From Hyalangium minutum (GTDB lineage: Bacteria > Myxococcota > Myxococcia > Myxococcales > Myxococcaceae), in assembly GCF_000737315.1 (NCBI RefSeq), contig NZ_JMCB01000028.1:62001-126000 (forward strand): a stretch of DNA of 64,000 bases. Reading direction: 5' to 3'. The notes below the pieces were generated by a model that was not told the origin of the DNA, ran no database searches, and saw only the letters and a program-made list of their open reading frames with translations. The translations under genes were made by a program, and so were the position numbers. Below, one piece after another: positions 1-9,803 of the stretch (positions are counted from its first letter, which is position 1; every line of letters starts with the position of its first letter).

Positions 1-140
1 TGCTGCTCGCCCGAGGAGACGGGGCCCGCGCTGCACACGTCGCCACTCGCATTGAGGCCAGCCGGGAGTACGTGCCCAAGGCCCTCGCTGCGCAGGTAGC
101 ACAAGCACGTACCCTCGCCCGGGAGCAGTGGGGGCGCTGA
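1..140 (+). CDS. 3' end of a hypothetical protein (partial, enters from left edge)
   Basis: Open frame from base 3 (LLARGDGARAAHVATRIEASREYVPKALAAQVAQARTLAREQWGR) ending in TGA at 138-140. Confidence 0.4.
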   Translation, partial: LLARGDGARAAHVATRIEASREYVPKALAAQVAQARTLAREQWGR

Positions 141-221
141 TCGCCCATCGCATCTCAGGGCTATGGGCTATCCTGCGTTTTATTCGTTTTTCCTGAACTT
201 CGAGTAGATGCTGGACCCTGC

Positions 222-2408
222 ATGAAGCCCCTCGCGGAGCTGCTGCGCTACCTCTCGCACCCGGCGATCACCGAGATCGCCCTGACGACGGGGCGCTGCC
301 CGATGATCAAGAGTGTCAACGGCTATGAGCCGGTGGACAGCTCTGTGCTGACGGACGAGGAGCTGAACCGGACGCTGCTGACGATGGTAGGGCCCGCGCG
401 CGCGGCCTCGGTGACCGAGAAGCCGATGAAGTGGTCCGTGCGCGCCGAGGGCATGGCCACCCTGGCCGTGGTCGCGGTGCGCCGCAGCGAGGGCCTGAGC
501 ATGCGCGTGATGCGCACGGGCGACGCCACGAGCTCGAACCCGGGCAGGCCCTTGGAGACGACGCCCGCGCCGGGCTCGGGAGTCAATACCGCCGCGGCCT
601 CGCGCATCCCCGAGACGACGCCCCGGCCTGGCACCACCTCCGTTCCGCCCGCCGAGCCGCCTCCAGCCGAGGCCTCCGCGGCCAGCGCCCCTCCGGACCC
701 GCGCGACATCCTCCCGCCCACGGTGGCTCCGCTCGTTCCTCCTCCGCGCCGCCCGTCCGTGACAGGCCTGCGGGTGATCAAGGCGTCCTCTTCGGGGACA
801 CAGGAGACCTCGGCCCCGGCCTCCGCCGGAGCGCTGCCGAACTTCCCGAAGACGCTGTCGCCGCTGCCCCCGGCTCCGGCTGCGCTCCTGCCCACGCCGG
901 TCCAGACCGTGGTGCCTTCCAGCACCACGGAGATGCCCACGGCGCCCTACTCCATCCCGCCTCAGTTCGGCCCGGATGCGCTCCCTGTCGTGCCGCCGTC
1001 CTCGGTGGCACAGGCGAGCCCCTCGCCGAAGCAGGCGCCCATGGCTTTCCCGCCGCCCGCCACCACCGAGCGGCCACCGCCCCCCGTTCCCACCCCGCTG
1101 CCCGTCGATCTGGCGCCGCCTCCTTCCATGGAGGACTCCTCGATCGACATCAGCATCCAGGAGCCCGAGCCGGAGCAGGCCGAGGCACCGGCGCAGGCCC
1201 CCGAGCCTGAGAAAGAGGAGCACACCCGCCAGCTCCAGGTCCGCCCGCAGCTGCCGCCGCGCTCCCGGCCCGACTTCTGGAGGGATTTGCCCGCACTGAT
1301 GGAGGAGGCGCGGCGCATCGGCGCGAGCGACCTGCACATCGTCTCGGGGCGGCCCGCGCTGTTCCGGGTCGCGGGCGAACTCAAGCCGGACGGCGAGCCG
1401 CTGCCGCCGAAGCGGGTGGAGCAGATGGTGCTCTCCCAGGTGCCGGCCCGGCTGCGCGCCGCGTTCGACCGCGACGGGAGCTGTGACTTCGCGCTCCAGA
1501 GCGAGGCCCAGGGCCGCTTCCGCGTCAACGTCTGCCGGCAGCGCTCCGGGCTCAAGGGCTCGTTCCGGCTTATCCCCAAGGACCTGCCGTCGCTGGAGTC
1601 GCTGGGGCTGCCCGTGGAGCTCATCCGGGCGACGCGCTACGCGCACGGCCTCGTCTTCATCACAGGCCCATCGGGCCACGGAAAGACGAGCACGCTGGCG
1701 GCCCTGGTGGAGATCCTCAACCGCGAGACGCGGCGGCACATCCTCACGGTGGAGGACCCCGTGGAGTTCGTGCACCCGCGCAAGCGAGGGCTGATCAGCC
1801 AGCGCGAGGTGGGGACGAACACCCGCTCCGTGGCGAGCGCGCTCAAGGCGGCCCTCCGCGAGGACGCGGATGTCATCGTCGTGGGCGAGCTGCGGGACGC
1901 GGAGACAGTGCGCCTGGCGCTTACCGCGAGCGAGACGGGCCGGCTGGTGCTCTGCACGATGAACACTCCGAACTCGGCGAAGACGCTGAGGCGGATCATC
2001 GACCAGTTCCCGGCCTCGGAGCAGGCGCAGGTGCGCTACACGCTGGGCTCCCACCTGCGGCTCATCGTCAGCCAGCGGCTGGTGCCCTCCGCCGCGGGCG
2101 GCAGCCTGGTGGCGGCGGCCGAGGTGCTCCCGGGCTCGGTGGGGTTGAGCCACCTCATCCACGACGACGCGCTGTCCCAGCTCCCCGCGCTCATGCAGCG
2201 CGCCCGGGAGCAGGGGGCCGTCCGCCTGGAGGCCGCGCTGGCGGAGCTGGTCCGCTCCCGGAAGACGACGCTGGAGATCGCCCGGGACTACGCGGAGAGC
2301 CCCGAGGTGCTCGAGGCGCTGGTGTCGGGCACCGCGCCGGAGCTGCCACCCGAGCCGGGCTCGGGCGGACGGAAGCTGGCGCCGCTGATGGACCGCAAGA
2401 GCGCGTGA
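222..2408 (+). CDS. pilT: PilT/PilU-family ATPase with extra degenerate N-domain and long Pro-rich linker
   Basis: ASDLHIVSGRPALFRV, Walker A GPSGHGKTST, EDPVE, Walker B EDADVIVVGELRD; His-box degenerate (TGRLVLCTMNT). Confidence 0.85.
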   Translation: MKPLAELLRYLSHPAITEIALTTGRCPMIKSVNGYEPVDSSVLTDEELNRTLLTMVGPARAASVTEKPMKWSVRAEGMATLAVVAVRRSEGLSMRVMRTGDATSSNPGRPLETTPAPGSGVNTAAASRIPETTPRPGTTSVPPAEPPPAEASAASAPPDPRDILPPTVAPLVPPPRRPSVTGLRVIKASSSGTQETSAPASAGALPNFPKTLSPLPPAPAALLPTPVQTVVPSSTTEMPTAPYSIPPQFGPDALPVVPPSSVAQASPSPKQAPMAFPPPATTERPPPPVPTPLPVDLAPPPSMEDSSIDISIQEPEPEQAEAPAQAPEPEKEEHTRQLQVRPQLPPRSRPDFWRDLPALMEEARRIGASDLHIVSGRPALFRVAGELKPDGEPLPPKRVEQMVLSQVPARLRAAFDRDGSCDFALQSEAQGRFRVNVCRQRSGLKGSFRLIPKDLPSLESLGLPVELIRATRYAHGLVFITGPSGHGKTSTLAALVEILNRETRRHILTVEDPVEFVHPRKRGLISQREVGTNTRSVASALKAALREDADVIVVGELRDAETVRLALTASETGRLVLCTMNTPNSAKTLRRIIDQFPASEQAQVRYTLGSHLRLIVSQRLVPSAAGGSLVAAAEVLPGSVGLSHLIHDDALSQLPALMQRAREQGAVRLEAALAELVRSRKTTLEIARDYAESPEVLEALVSGTAPELPPEPGSGGRKLAPLMDRKSA

Positions 2409-2418
2409 GGCGACGACC

Positions 2419-3519
2419 ATGAGCGCACGCATCTCTCCCCTGTTCGACGCGCTCCTCGCCGAGAAGGGGAGCGATCTGCACCTGAGCATCGGCTACCCGC
2501 CGCTGGGGCGGATCCGCGGCAAGCTGACGCCCCTGCGCGAGGCCCCGCTCACCGCCTCCGAGCTGGAGGGGATGCTGCTGGAGCTGGCCACGCCCGAGCA
2601 GAAGCTGCAGATCACCGAGGAGCTGGACCTGGACTTCGCCTACACGTACGGGACGAAGGCCCGGTTCCGCGCCAACTACTTCTACAAGACGACGGGGCTG
2701 GCGGCCGTCTTCCGCTGCATCCCAAGCAAGGTGCAGTCCCTGGAGGAGCTGAGCGCGCCGGAGGTGATGCGGCAGCTGGCGGAGCGGCGGGGCGGGCTGG
2801 TGCTCGTCACGGGCCCCGCGGGCAGCGGGAAGACCACCACCCTGGCGGCGATGCTGCATCACCTCAACCAGACGCGGTACGCGAGCCTCCTCACGCTCGA
2901 GGATCCGGTGGAGTTTGTGCACGAGCCGGCGAAGGCGCAGGTGACGCACCGGGAGATCGGTCCGCACGCGCCCAGCTTCGCCGCGGGCCTGCGCTCAGCG
3001 GCACGCGAGGACGTGGACGTGGTGCTGGTGAGCGACCTGAGCGCGCCGGACGCCATCCGGGAGGCGCTGCAGCTGGCGAGCTCCGGCGTGCTGGTGCTGG
3101 CCTCGATGTACGCGCTGAGCGTGCAGAGCGCCCTGGAGCGCCTCCTCCACGCGTTCCCGGAGCAGGAGCAGGGGCGGATCCGCGGACTGCTGGCGGACAG
3201 CCTGGCAGGCGTGCTCTCGCAGCAGCTCGTCCGGGCCGCGGACAGCAAGGGCCGGGTGCTGGCACTGGAGGTGCTCCTGGGAGGCGGCTCCGTGGCGGCG
3301 ATGATCCGCCAGGGCCAGGAGGCCCAGCTCGCCGAGCTGATGCGGGCGGCCCAGACCAAGGGGATGCAGACGCTGGACCAGCACCTGGAGCGGCTGGTGT
3401 CGGCCAACGCCATCACCCCCGAGGCGGCGCTGGAGAAGGCACAAGACCGCGAGGCCTTTGCCCTCACGCTGCAGCGCCTGCGGCCGGGCTTCGAGCTGCC
3501 CGAGGACGTCCGGGCCTAA
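2419..3519 (+). CDS. pilT: PilT/PilU-family ATPase, degenerate Walker B and His box
   Basis: GSDLHLSIGYPP, RFRANY, Walker A GPAGSGKTTT, EDPVE, GMQTLDQHL; 10 nt downstream of first paralogue. Confidence 0.85.
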   Translation: MSARISPLFDALLAEKGSDLHLSIGYPPLGRIRGKLTPLREAPLTASELEGMLLELATPEQKLQITEELDLDFAYTYGTKARFRANYFYKTTGLAAVFRCIPSKVQSLEELSAPEVMRQLAERRGGLVLVTGPAGSGKTTTLAAMLHHLNQTRYASLLTLEDPVEFVHEPAKAQVTHREIGPHAPSFAAGLRSAAREDVDVVLVSDLSAPDAIREALQLASSGVLVLASMYALSVQSALERLLHAFPEQEQGRIRGLLADSLAGVLSQQLVRAADSKGRVLALEVLLGGGSVAAMIRQGQEAQLAELMRAAQTKGMQTLDQHLERLVSANAITPEAALEKAQDREAFALTLQRLRPGFELPEDVRA

Positions 3520-3610
3520 CGACTGAAGCACGCCATGAGCACAGGTGAAGGGTTCCTGCGAGCGGGCGGAATGCCGCCTCATCATATCGCCGCCTACCTC
3601 TACACTTTGC

Positions 3611-3626
3611 GCTGATGAACATCAGC
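3611..3626. promoter_or_regulatory. Short inverted repeat GCTGATG-AA-CATCAGC upstream of esterase gene
   Basis: Perfect 7-bp arms in an intergenic region; function unknown. Confidence 0.25.
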
Positions 3627-3712
3627 CTTCCCCATCAGCCCAGATGCAGCGGCTCCATTCCAGGCACCTCCGATAGACTTTCTCCGAGGTCACACGCGAC
3701 GCGGAGAGGTTC

Positions 3713-4672
3713 GTGAGAACAACGAGAAGAGCTTTCCTGGGCCAACCGCTCGCCGGACTCGGCGGCTTGTTTCTGAGCGCCTGTGCCCACAACAACGCGC
3801 GCTCCTCCTCCAGCCGGCGAGCGATCATCCTCGTGCACGGCTCCTGGCATGGCGCCTGGTGCTATTCGAGCATCATCCCGCTGTTGGCGGCCAAGGGGAT
3901 CTCCGGCTTCGCGTTGGATCTGCCAGGCCACGGGCTCCTGGCCCGCTTCCCGCAGGTCTATCTCCAGCGTCCCTCGGACCCTTCCCAGTTCCGCGAGGCT
4001 TTCTCGAAAGAGCCTTCGCCTCTGGCCGACATCACCTTGGCGCAATACGTCGACAGCATCACCACTGCGATCGACCAGCTGCTTGCCGCGGGCTACGGCC
4101 CGCTCACCTTGTTGGGTCACAGCATGGGAGGCGTTCCGATCACCGCTGCGGCCGAGCAGCGTGCCTCCAAGCTCCAGAAGTTGATCTACCTGACGGCGTA
4201 CATGCCCGTTGCGGGGAAGATCGCCCTCCACGAGGACTATCGAGACACGAGCAGTCTGGTGGCAAAGATTTTCGAGAAGAGCGGCAACGACTCCAGCAAG
4301 CTGAAAGTGTCTCGCTTCGATCCGCGCAGCCCGGACCGCGACTTCGTGAAGCTCGTCAAAGACGCCTTCTACGGTGACGTGCGAGACGATCAGGCGGAAG
4401 CGGCGGTCAACCTGCTCACACCGGATGATCCCTTGCTACCGCTCCTGGAGCCCACGGGTGCTACCCGGGAGCGCTGGGGCAGGATCCCGCGCAGCTACAT
4501 CCGATGCCTGCAGGATCGGGCGCTCACTCCCAAGGTCCAGGATCGCATCATCGCGGATGCCGACACCTTCGCCTCAAATGCCACGGAGGTTCGGGACCTC
4601 AACACCAGCCACTCGCCTTTCCTCTCCAAGCCCCAGGAACTTGCGGACCTGATCGCGACGCTGGCCGCCTGA
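3713..4672 (+). CDS. Alpha/beta-hydrolase esterase (SABP2/methylesterase-like), probable Tat lipoprotein
   Basis: TRRAFL twin-Arg motif, LSAC lipobox, VHGSWHGAWC, GHSMGG nucleophile, QDRAL Asp, SHSPF His. Confidence 0.85.
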   Translation: MRTTRRAFLGQPLAGLGGLFLSACAHNNARSSSSRRAIILVHGSWHGAWCYSSIIPLLAAKGISGFALDLPGHGLLARFPQVYLQRPSDPSQFREAFSKEPSPLADITLAQYVDSITTAIDQLLAAGYGPLTLLGHSMGGVPITAAAEQRASKLQKLIYLTAYMPVAGKIALHEDYRDTSSLVAKIFEKSGNDSSKLKVSRFDPRSPDRDFVKLVKDAFYGDVRDDQAEAAVNLLTPDDPLLPLLEPTGATRERWGRIPRSYIRCLQDRALTPKVQDRIIADADTFASNATEVRDLNTSHSPFLSKPQELADLIATLAA

Positions 4673-4675
4673 CCT

Positions 4676-6811
4676 GTGCTCCTTCGAATGGCTGAATGCG
4701 GCAGTGGATGGCGGCTCGGCGCCATTTTCGGACTGTGCTGGCTGCTCCTGGCCGGAAGCGCCGAGGCCACCCCACCCGACACCGAAGCGGAAGCCCCCGC
4801 CGCCGAGAGTTCCACGGCCGACGAGCCCGTGGTCGCCCAGGGCACCGTCGTCACCGCCACGCGGCTGCCACGGCCCGTGCGCGATGTGCCCGCGACCGTC
4901 ACCGTCATCCCTCGCTCCGAGATCGACCGCAGCCCCACGCTGACCCAGGACAGCCTGCTCCGCACCTTGCCCTCGGCCGCCACGTTCCGCAGGACCTCGA
5001 GCCTCGTGTCCGATCCCACCGCCCAAGGCCTCAACCTGCGCGGGCTGGCACCTTCCGGTGTGTCTCGCAGCCTGGTGCTCGTGGACGGGCTGCCCGCGAA
5101 TGATCCCTTCGGCGGCTGGGTGTACTGGCGCGCCCTGCCCCGCCTGGGACTGGAGCGCATCGAAGTCGTTCCCAGCGGCGGCTCGGCGCTCTATGGCAGC
5201 GCGGCGCTTGGCGGCGTGGTCCAGCTCTTCTCCCGTCCGATTACCGGTCCCAGCCTCGAGGCAGACGCCGCCTATGGCTTGCTTGGCACGGGACAACTGG
5301 CGGCTCGTGGTTCGGAACGCTGGGGCCCCGTGGGTGCGGCCCTCGAAACCGAGTTGCTCACCACTGAGGGCCATTCGGTCGTTGCTCCTGGTCAGCGTGG
5401 CGCTATCGATCAGCGGGCTCCCAGCAACCACGCCACCTTGAATGGCCGCGTGGAAGTGGAAGCCAGTCCCTCGCTCCACCTGGGCGCTCGCCTGGGCCTC
5501 TTCCGCGAGAACCAGAACGGGGGTACCACCTTCACCACCGCTCGTGCGGAGTCCGCTCTCCTCGGAGCCAACGCCCGGCTTTCCACGGAGGCGGCTGGGA
5601 ACTTCGAACTCCTCCTCTTTGGCCGCAGGGTGAGCTTTGAGCAGCGCCGCGCTCGCGTTGCCTCGGATCGCTCGTCCGAGGTGCTCGCGGCCATCCAGGA
5701 CGTCCCAGCGGAGGAGGAGGGAGGCTCTCTCGTGTGGACGAGCCCCACGTGGGCACTCGGCGGCTCGCACGTGCTCGGAGCAGGCGTGGATCTGAGGAGG
5801 GTCTCAGGCACGTCGGACGAGCGGCTCTTTCCGCCCACGGCCAGCCCCACGTCCACGGCCCTCCGCCGCACGGGCGGGGCGCAGCGCTTCAGCGGTCTCT
5901 TCGTGCAGGACCTCTACACCGTGACGCCCGCCGTAGAGCTGATGGCGGCGCTCCGCTGGGACACCTGGCGCAACGTGGAGGGCACTCGCCGGGTCGAGCA
6001 GGCCAATGGCGCGGCCGAGACCACCACCTTCGAGGACCGCAGCGAGCAGCAGCTCAGCCCTCGCCTGGGCGTGCGCGTCAGTCCTCGGGAGTGGCTCACC
6101 CTGCGAGCCTCGGGCTACCGCGCCTTCCGTGCGCCCACCCTCAATGAGCTTTACCGCCCCTTCCAGGTCGGCACCGTGCTCACCTCCGCCAATGAGGCCC
6201 TGCGCGCTGAGCGGCTCGTGGGCGGCGAGGCGGGCTTCGAGACCCTGCCCTTTCCCGGGATGACCGCTCGGGTGACGGGCTTCTGGAACGAGTTGGAAGA
6301 GCCCATCACCAACGTCACCCTGGAAGCACCGCTGCCCGATGGCTCGCAGCGCCAGCGCCAGAACCTGGGCCGCGCGCGCGTGCGAGGCCTGGAGGCCGGC
6401 GTGGACTGGCGCGTGTCACGCCAGTGGACGGCGCTGCTCGCGTATACCTTCGTAGACTCAGAAGTCCGTGAGGCCCCGGGTGCCCTGGAGCTCGTGGGAA
6501 AACAGCTCGCGCAGGATCCGGCGCACCGGGGCACCGCCATCGTCACCTTCCACGAGCCCTCGCTCCTCACCGCCACGGTGCAACTGCGTGTCACCGGCCC
6601 CCAGTTCGAGGACGATCTCAATGAGCGCGGCATGGGTGGCTATGCCGTGGTCGATGCCTTCGTGAGCCGTCAGCTCGTTCAAAGGCTGGAGCTCTTCGCC
6701 GCCGTGGAGAACCTCTTCAACCGGCGCTACCTCGTCGGCCGCGCGGGAATCGACACCATTGGCCAACCCCTGATGCTGCGCGTGGGCTTGCGTCTGCGCT
6801 CGGCCCCGTGA
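4676..6811 (+). CDS. TonB-dependent receptor
   Basis: Signal peptide, plug motif VVTATRLP...NLRG...LVLVDG, GAVENLFNRRY-type motif near the C-terminus (AAVENLFNRRY), terminal amphipathic strand; start may be ATG 4688. Confidence 0.9.
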   Translation: MLLRMAECGSGWRLGAIFGLCWLLLAGSAEATPPDTEAEAPAAESSTADEPVVAQGTVVTATRLPRPVRDVPATVTVIPRSEIDRSPTLTQDSLLRTLPSAATFRRTSSLVSDPTAQGLNLRGLAPSGVSRSLVLVDGLPANDPFGGWVYWRALPRLGLERIEVVPSGGSALYGSAALGGVVQLFSRPITGPSLEADAAYGLLGTGQLAARGSERWGPVGAALETELLTTEGHSVVAPGQRGAIDQRAPSNHATLNGRVEVEASPSLHLGARLGLFRENQNGGTTFTTARAESALLGANARLSTEAAGNFELLLFGRRVSFEQRRARVASDRSSEVLAAIQDVPAEEEGGSLVWTSPTWALGGSHVLGAGVDLRRVSGTSDERLFPPTASPTSTALRRTGGAQRFSGLFVQDLYTVTPAVELMAALRWDTWRNVEGTRRVEQANGAAETTTFEDRSEQQLSPRLGVRVSPREWLTLRASGYRAFRAPTLNELYRPFQVGTVLTSANEALRAERLVGGEAGFETLPFPGMTARVTGFWNELEEPITNVTLEAPLPDGSQRQRQNLGRARVRGLEAGVDWRVSRQWTALLAYTFVDSEVREAPGALELVGKQLAQDPAHRGTAIVTFHEPSLLTATVQLRVTGPQFEDDLNERGMGGYAVVDAFVSRQLVQRLELFAAVENLFNRRYLVGRAGIDTIGQPLMLRVGLRLRSAP

Positions 6812-6832
6812 CACCGAGGCCGGAGGCCCCCG

Positions 6833-8806
6833 TCAATTCGTGTCCCCGTGGAACCAGTCCTGCAGCTCGTCCATGCTGTCCACGCGCCGCGCCTTCGGCA
6901 GGCTCTCGAGGAATGCCCGGCCGTACGGCTTCGTCACGATGCGCCGGTCCAACAGCGCCACCGCGCCCCGGTCCTGCTGCGTTCGGATGAGCCGCCCGAA
7001 GCCCTGGCGCAGTGCCAGCGTCGCCTGCGGAAGCTGGTACTGCTCGAAGGCCTCTTCACCGCGCGACTCGAGCTGCCGGATGCGCGCCGCTACCAGCGGA
7101 TCTCCCGGCGAGGCGAACGGCAACCGATCGATGATCAGCAGGCTCAGCGCGTCGCCGGGCACGTCCACTCCCTCCCAGAAGCTGTGCGCCGCGAAGAGCA
7201 CGCTGGGCATCTCGCGGAACGCCTCCAGCAGCTGCTGCTTGGGCCGCTCGCCCTGCTTGAGCACCTGGTAGGGCAGCCGATTCTTCGTCAGCTCGTGCGC
7301 CCGCTCCATGTTGCGCAGGCTCGTGAAGAGCACGAAGGCCCGGCCCCCGGATACCTCACACAACCGGAGGATCTCCTCCGACGCCGCCTCGATGAAGCCG
7401 GGCACCGCTGGGTCTGGCAGGTGCGTGGGCAGGTAGAGCGCCGCCTGCTGCTCGAAGTCGAACGGGCTCGCCACCGCCAGCGTCCGCACCTCCGCCACCG
7501 GCACGCCCTCGTCGTCGTACAGGCCCATGCGCCGCGCGAAGTAGTCGAAGCGGCCATCGGCCGCCATCGTCGCCGACGTGAACACCACCGTGTCCACCCC
7601 GCCGTAGAGGCGCCCGCGCAGCTCCTTCGCCACGTCGATGGGGCTCGCCCGCAGGAATACACCGCGCCCGCGCTGCTCCGCCCAGTACACGTGGTCCGAG
7701 GACTCCGCCTTCTCCAGGAAGGTCAGCTCCTCGGCCATCTCCCCGCTCCGGCGCGCCAGGGCCAGCAGCTCCGGCTCGCGCTCGCTCGCGGTGAAGGAGC
7801 CCAGCGCCAGCAACCCCTGGCGTAGCTGCTCCATCGGGTTCGCGAGCTGGGCCATGCGGTCCGCCTTCAGCGCCACGCCGCCCTCGGCCCCCGCCAACCC
7901 CAGCACCCGAGGCGCCTGCGTGAAGAACACCTCTGCGTGGGTGCGCACCCGCGCCGCCAGCGCCCGCACCGTGGTGAAGCGCGAGTCCGTCTCCGGCAGC
8001 GACGCCACCGCGTCCCGCGACAGCTCCTCCAGCCGGTGGTTGGACACGCTGCACCCGAAGTACCCGCTCGCCGCGTCCTCCAGCGCATGCGCCTCGTCGA
8101 AGATGACGGACTCGTAGAGCGGCAGCACGCCCTCGTTGCGCCGCCCGCCCGCCCCGCGCAGCGACAGGTCCGCGAAGAACAGATGGTGGTTCACCACCAG
8201 CAAGTCCGCGGACTCGGCCTCGCGCCGCATCCGCGTTACGAAGCAGTTTTCATACAGCGGGCACTTCGTCCCCACGCACGTGTCCGCCGTCGCCGACAGC
8301 CGCGACCACGCGCTGAAGTTCTCCGGCAGCTCCAGCTCGGCCCGGTCGCCCGTCTCCGTGCGCCCGGCCCACGTCTGGATCATCGGCCAGTAGCCGACCT
8401 CTTCGCGCGAGCCGAACGTCGGATCCTTCGTGAAGGCGTTGAAGCGCTGCAGGCACAGGTAGTTGCCCCGGCCCTTGAGGTACGCGGCCTCGAACTTCAG
8501 GTCCATGCGGTCCCTCAGCAGCGGCAGATCCTTGAAGAAGATCTGGTCCTGCAGGGTCTTCGTCGCTGTGGACACCACCACCCGCCGCCCCGACAGCAAC
8601 GCGGGCACCAGGTAGGCGAGCGTCTTGCCCGTGCCAGTGCCGGCCTCGGCCAGGAGGTAGCTGCGCTCGTTGAAGGCCCGCTCCACGGCGCGCGCCATCT
8701 GCAGCTGCTCTGGACGGTGCTCGTACGCAGGCAGCGCGGCCTGGAGCGCGCCTCCTGGGCCGAGCAGGTTATCGACGTTGAACGAGCGGACGAGCGTAAG
8801 GGCCAT
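6833..8806 (-). CDS. dinG: ATP-dependent DNA helicase, DinG/YoaA family
   Basis: EAGTGTGKT, Fe-S cysteines (NYLC, TC..CPLYENCF), DEAH, SFWEGVD, QGFGRLIR; start placed at MALTLV (8806). Confidence 0.92.
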   Translation of the reverse strand: MALTLVRSFNVDNLLGPGGALQAALPAYEHRPEQLQMARAVERAFNERSYLLAEAGTGTGKTLAYLVPALLSGRRVVVSTATKTLQDQIFFKDLPLLRDRMDLKFEAAYLKGRGNYLCLQRFNAFTKDPTFGSREEVGYWPMIQTWAGRTETGDRAELELPENFSAWSRLSATADTCVGTKCPLYENCFVTRMRREAESADLLVVNHHLFFADLSLRGAGGRRNEGVLPLYESVIFDEAHALEDAASGYFGCSVSNHRLEELSRDAVASLPETDSRFTTVRALAARVRTHAEVFFTQAPRVLGLAGAEGGVALKADRMAQLANPMEQLRQGLLALGSFTASEREPELLALARRSGEMAEELTFLEKAESSDHVYWAEQRGRGVFLRASPIDVAKELRGRLYGGVDTVVFTSATMAADGRFDYFARRMGLYDDEGVPVAEVRTLAVASPFDFEQQAALYLPTHLPDPAVPGFIEAASEEILRLCEVSGGRAFVLFTSLRNMERAHELTKNRLPYQVLKQGERPKQQLLEAFREMPSVLFAAHSFWEGVDVPGDALSLLIIDRLPFASPGDPLVAARIRQLESRGEEAFEQYQLPQATLALRQGFGRLIRTQQDRGAVALLDRRIVTKPYGRAFLESLPKARRVDSMDELQDWFHGDTN

Positions 8807-9081
8807 CGGAGCAAGCCTCGATCCATTGAGGCGGTGGAACAAGATAACAGCCCGTCATGCCTGGGAGATCGCGTCATTTGCGCTCCCCCATCGCTCCCCT
8901 GCCCGGTTGCTGCCAGAGCGAGGCAACCCACGTGCAGCCACAACCCACCTCCCCCCATGCTGGCGCGCATGTGCCTTACTCAGTAGGTTGGGCATGGCCA
9001 ACCCATAGATGGGGCCTTTGATGCGATAAGCGTGAAAAGCTAGGAATCAGTGAATGCGCCTGCGACTCTAGAGCCCTCGGG

Positions 9082-9738
9082 ATGCGACCTCTGGCGAGCC
9101 TGCTGCTGATGATGGGGTGGAACGTGCTGGGCTGTGCCAGCGCGTCCCTTTTGCCCAGCAACGGCGCCAGCGCGGGCGAGGCGCAAGACTACGGCGTCCT
9201 GGACAATGGCTTTGTCTGGGTCCGCGGGCCATGGGGGGTCATTCAGCCTTCGGGCGACATCGATGAGGTCATCGATCAGCTCTGCCCCGCCGTCATGGCA
9301 CTCCCGCGCGCCGACTGGAAGGACTATGGACAGGAATATTGCGGTGCCATCTACACCCTGGGTGATGGGGCCTTCTACGCCAGCAAACCCTCCCCGCTGG
9401 GCAAGACCGAGGCGATCGGCCCCGCGCAGCGCAAGAACTGCTACCCCCCTCGCTACATCGTCGATGAGCGAGGCCGTACTTCCACCCAGCTCGACTACCA
9501 CAGTCATCCCTGGCCAGGGTCGCGCATGTCGGAACGGGATCGACAGGCTCGCACGCAGATCTGGCCGCTGCGCATCCAGTTCGACACGCGATGCACCATC
9601 CAGAAGCTGGTCCCCAATCTGGACACGTCCCTTCCTGGAGAAGTCTACGAGCGCCGCGGCCAGAGCTGGGTGCGCGTGGGCATCATCCCTGCAGAAGACA
9701 AGCCTTTTGGCTATGTGACCCCTCTCCCAGAACCGTGA
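9082..9738 (+). CDS. Lipoprotein with JAB/MPN-like motif (toxin-like)
   Basis: VLGC lipobox; QEYCGAIY...DYHSHP...MSERD matches the E..HxH..SxxD JAB signature. Confidence 0.65.
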   Translation: MRPLASLLLMMGWNVLGCASASLLPSNGASAGEAQDYGVLDNGFVWVRGPWGVIQPSGDIDEVIDQLCPAVMALPRADWKDYGQEYCGAIYTLGDGAFYASKPSPLGKTEAIGPAQRKNCYPPRYIVDERGRTSTQLDYHSHPWPGSRMSERDRQARTQIWPLRIQFDTRCTIQKLVPNLDTSLPGEVYERRGQSWVRVGIIPAEDKPFGYVTPLPEP

Positions 9739-9803
9739 GACCCGACCGGCTCCATCGCCGCGCCCCGAGCGCCTTCCGTCATGCCGCCCCCGCAGGAGGA
9801 GCC

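Noticed and set aside
180-2489. 769-aa minus-strand ORF opposite the first pilT
   Set aside because: Antisense shadow frame, Arg/Gly-rich, no recognisable motifs
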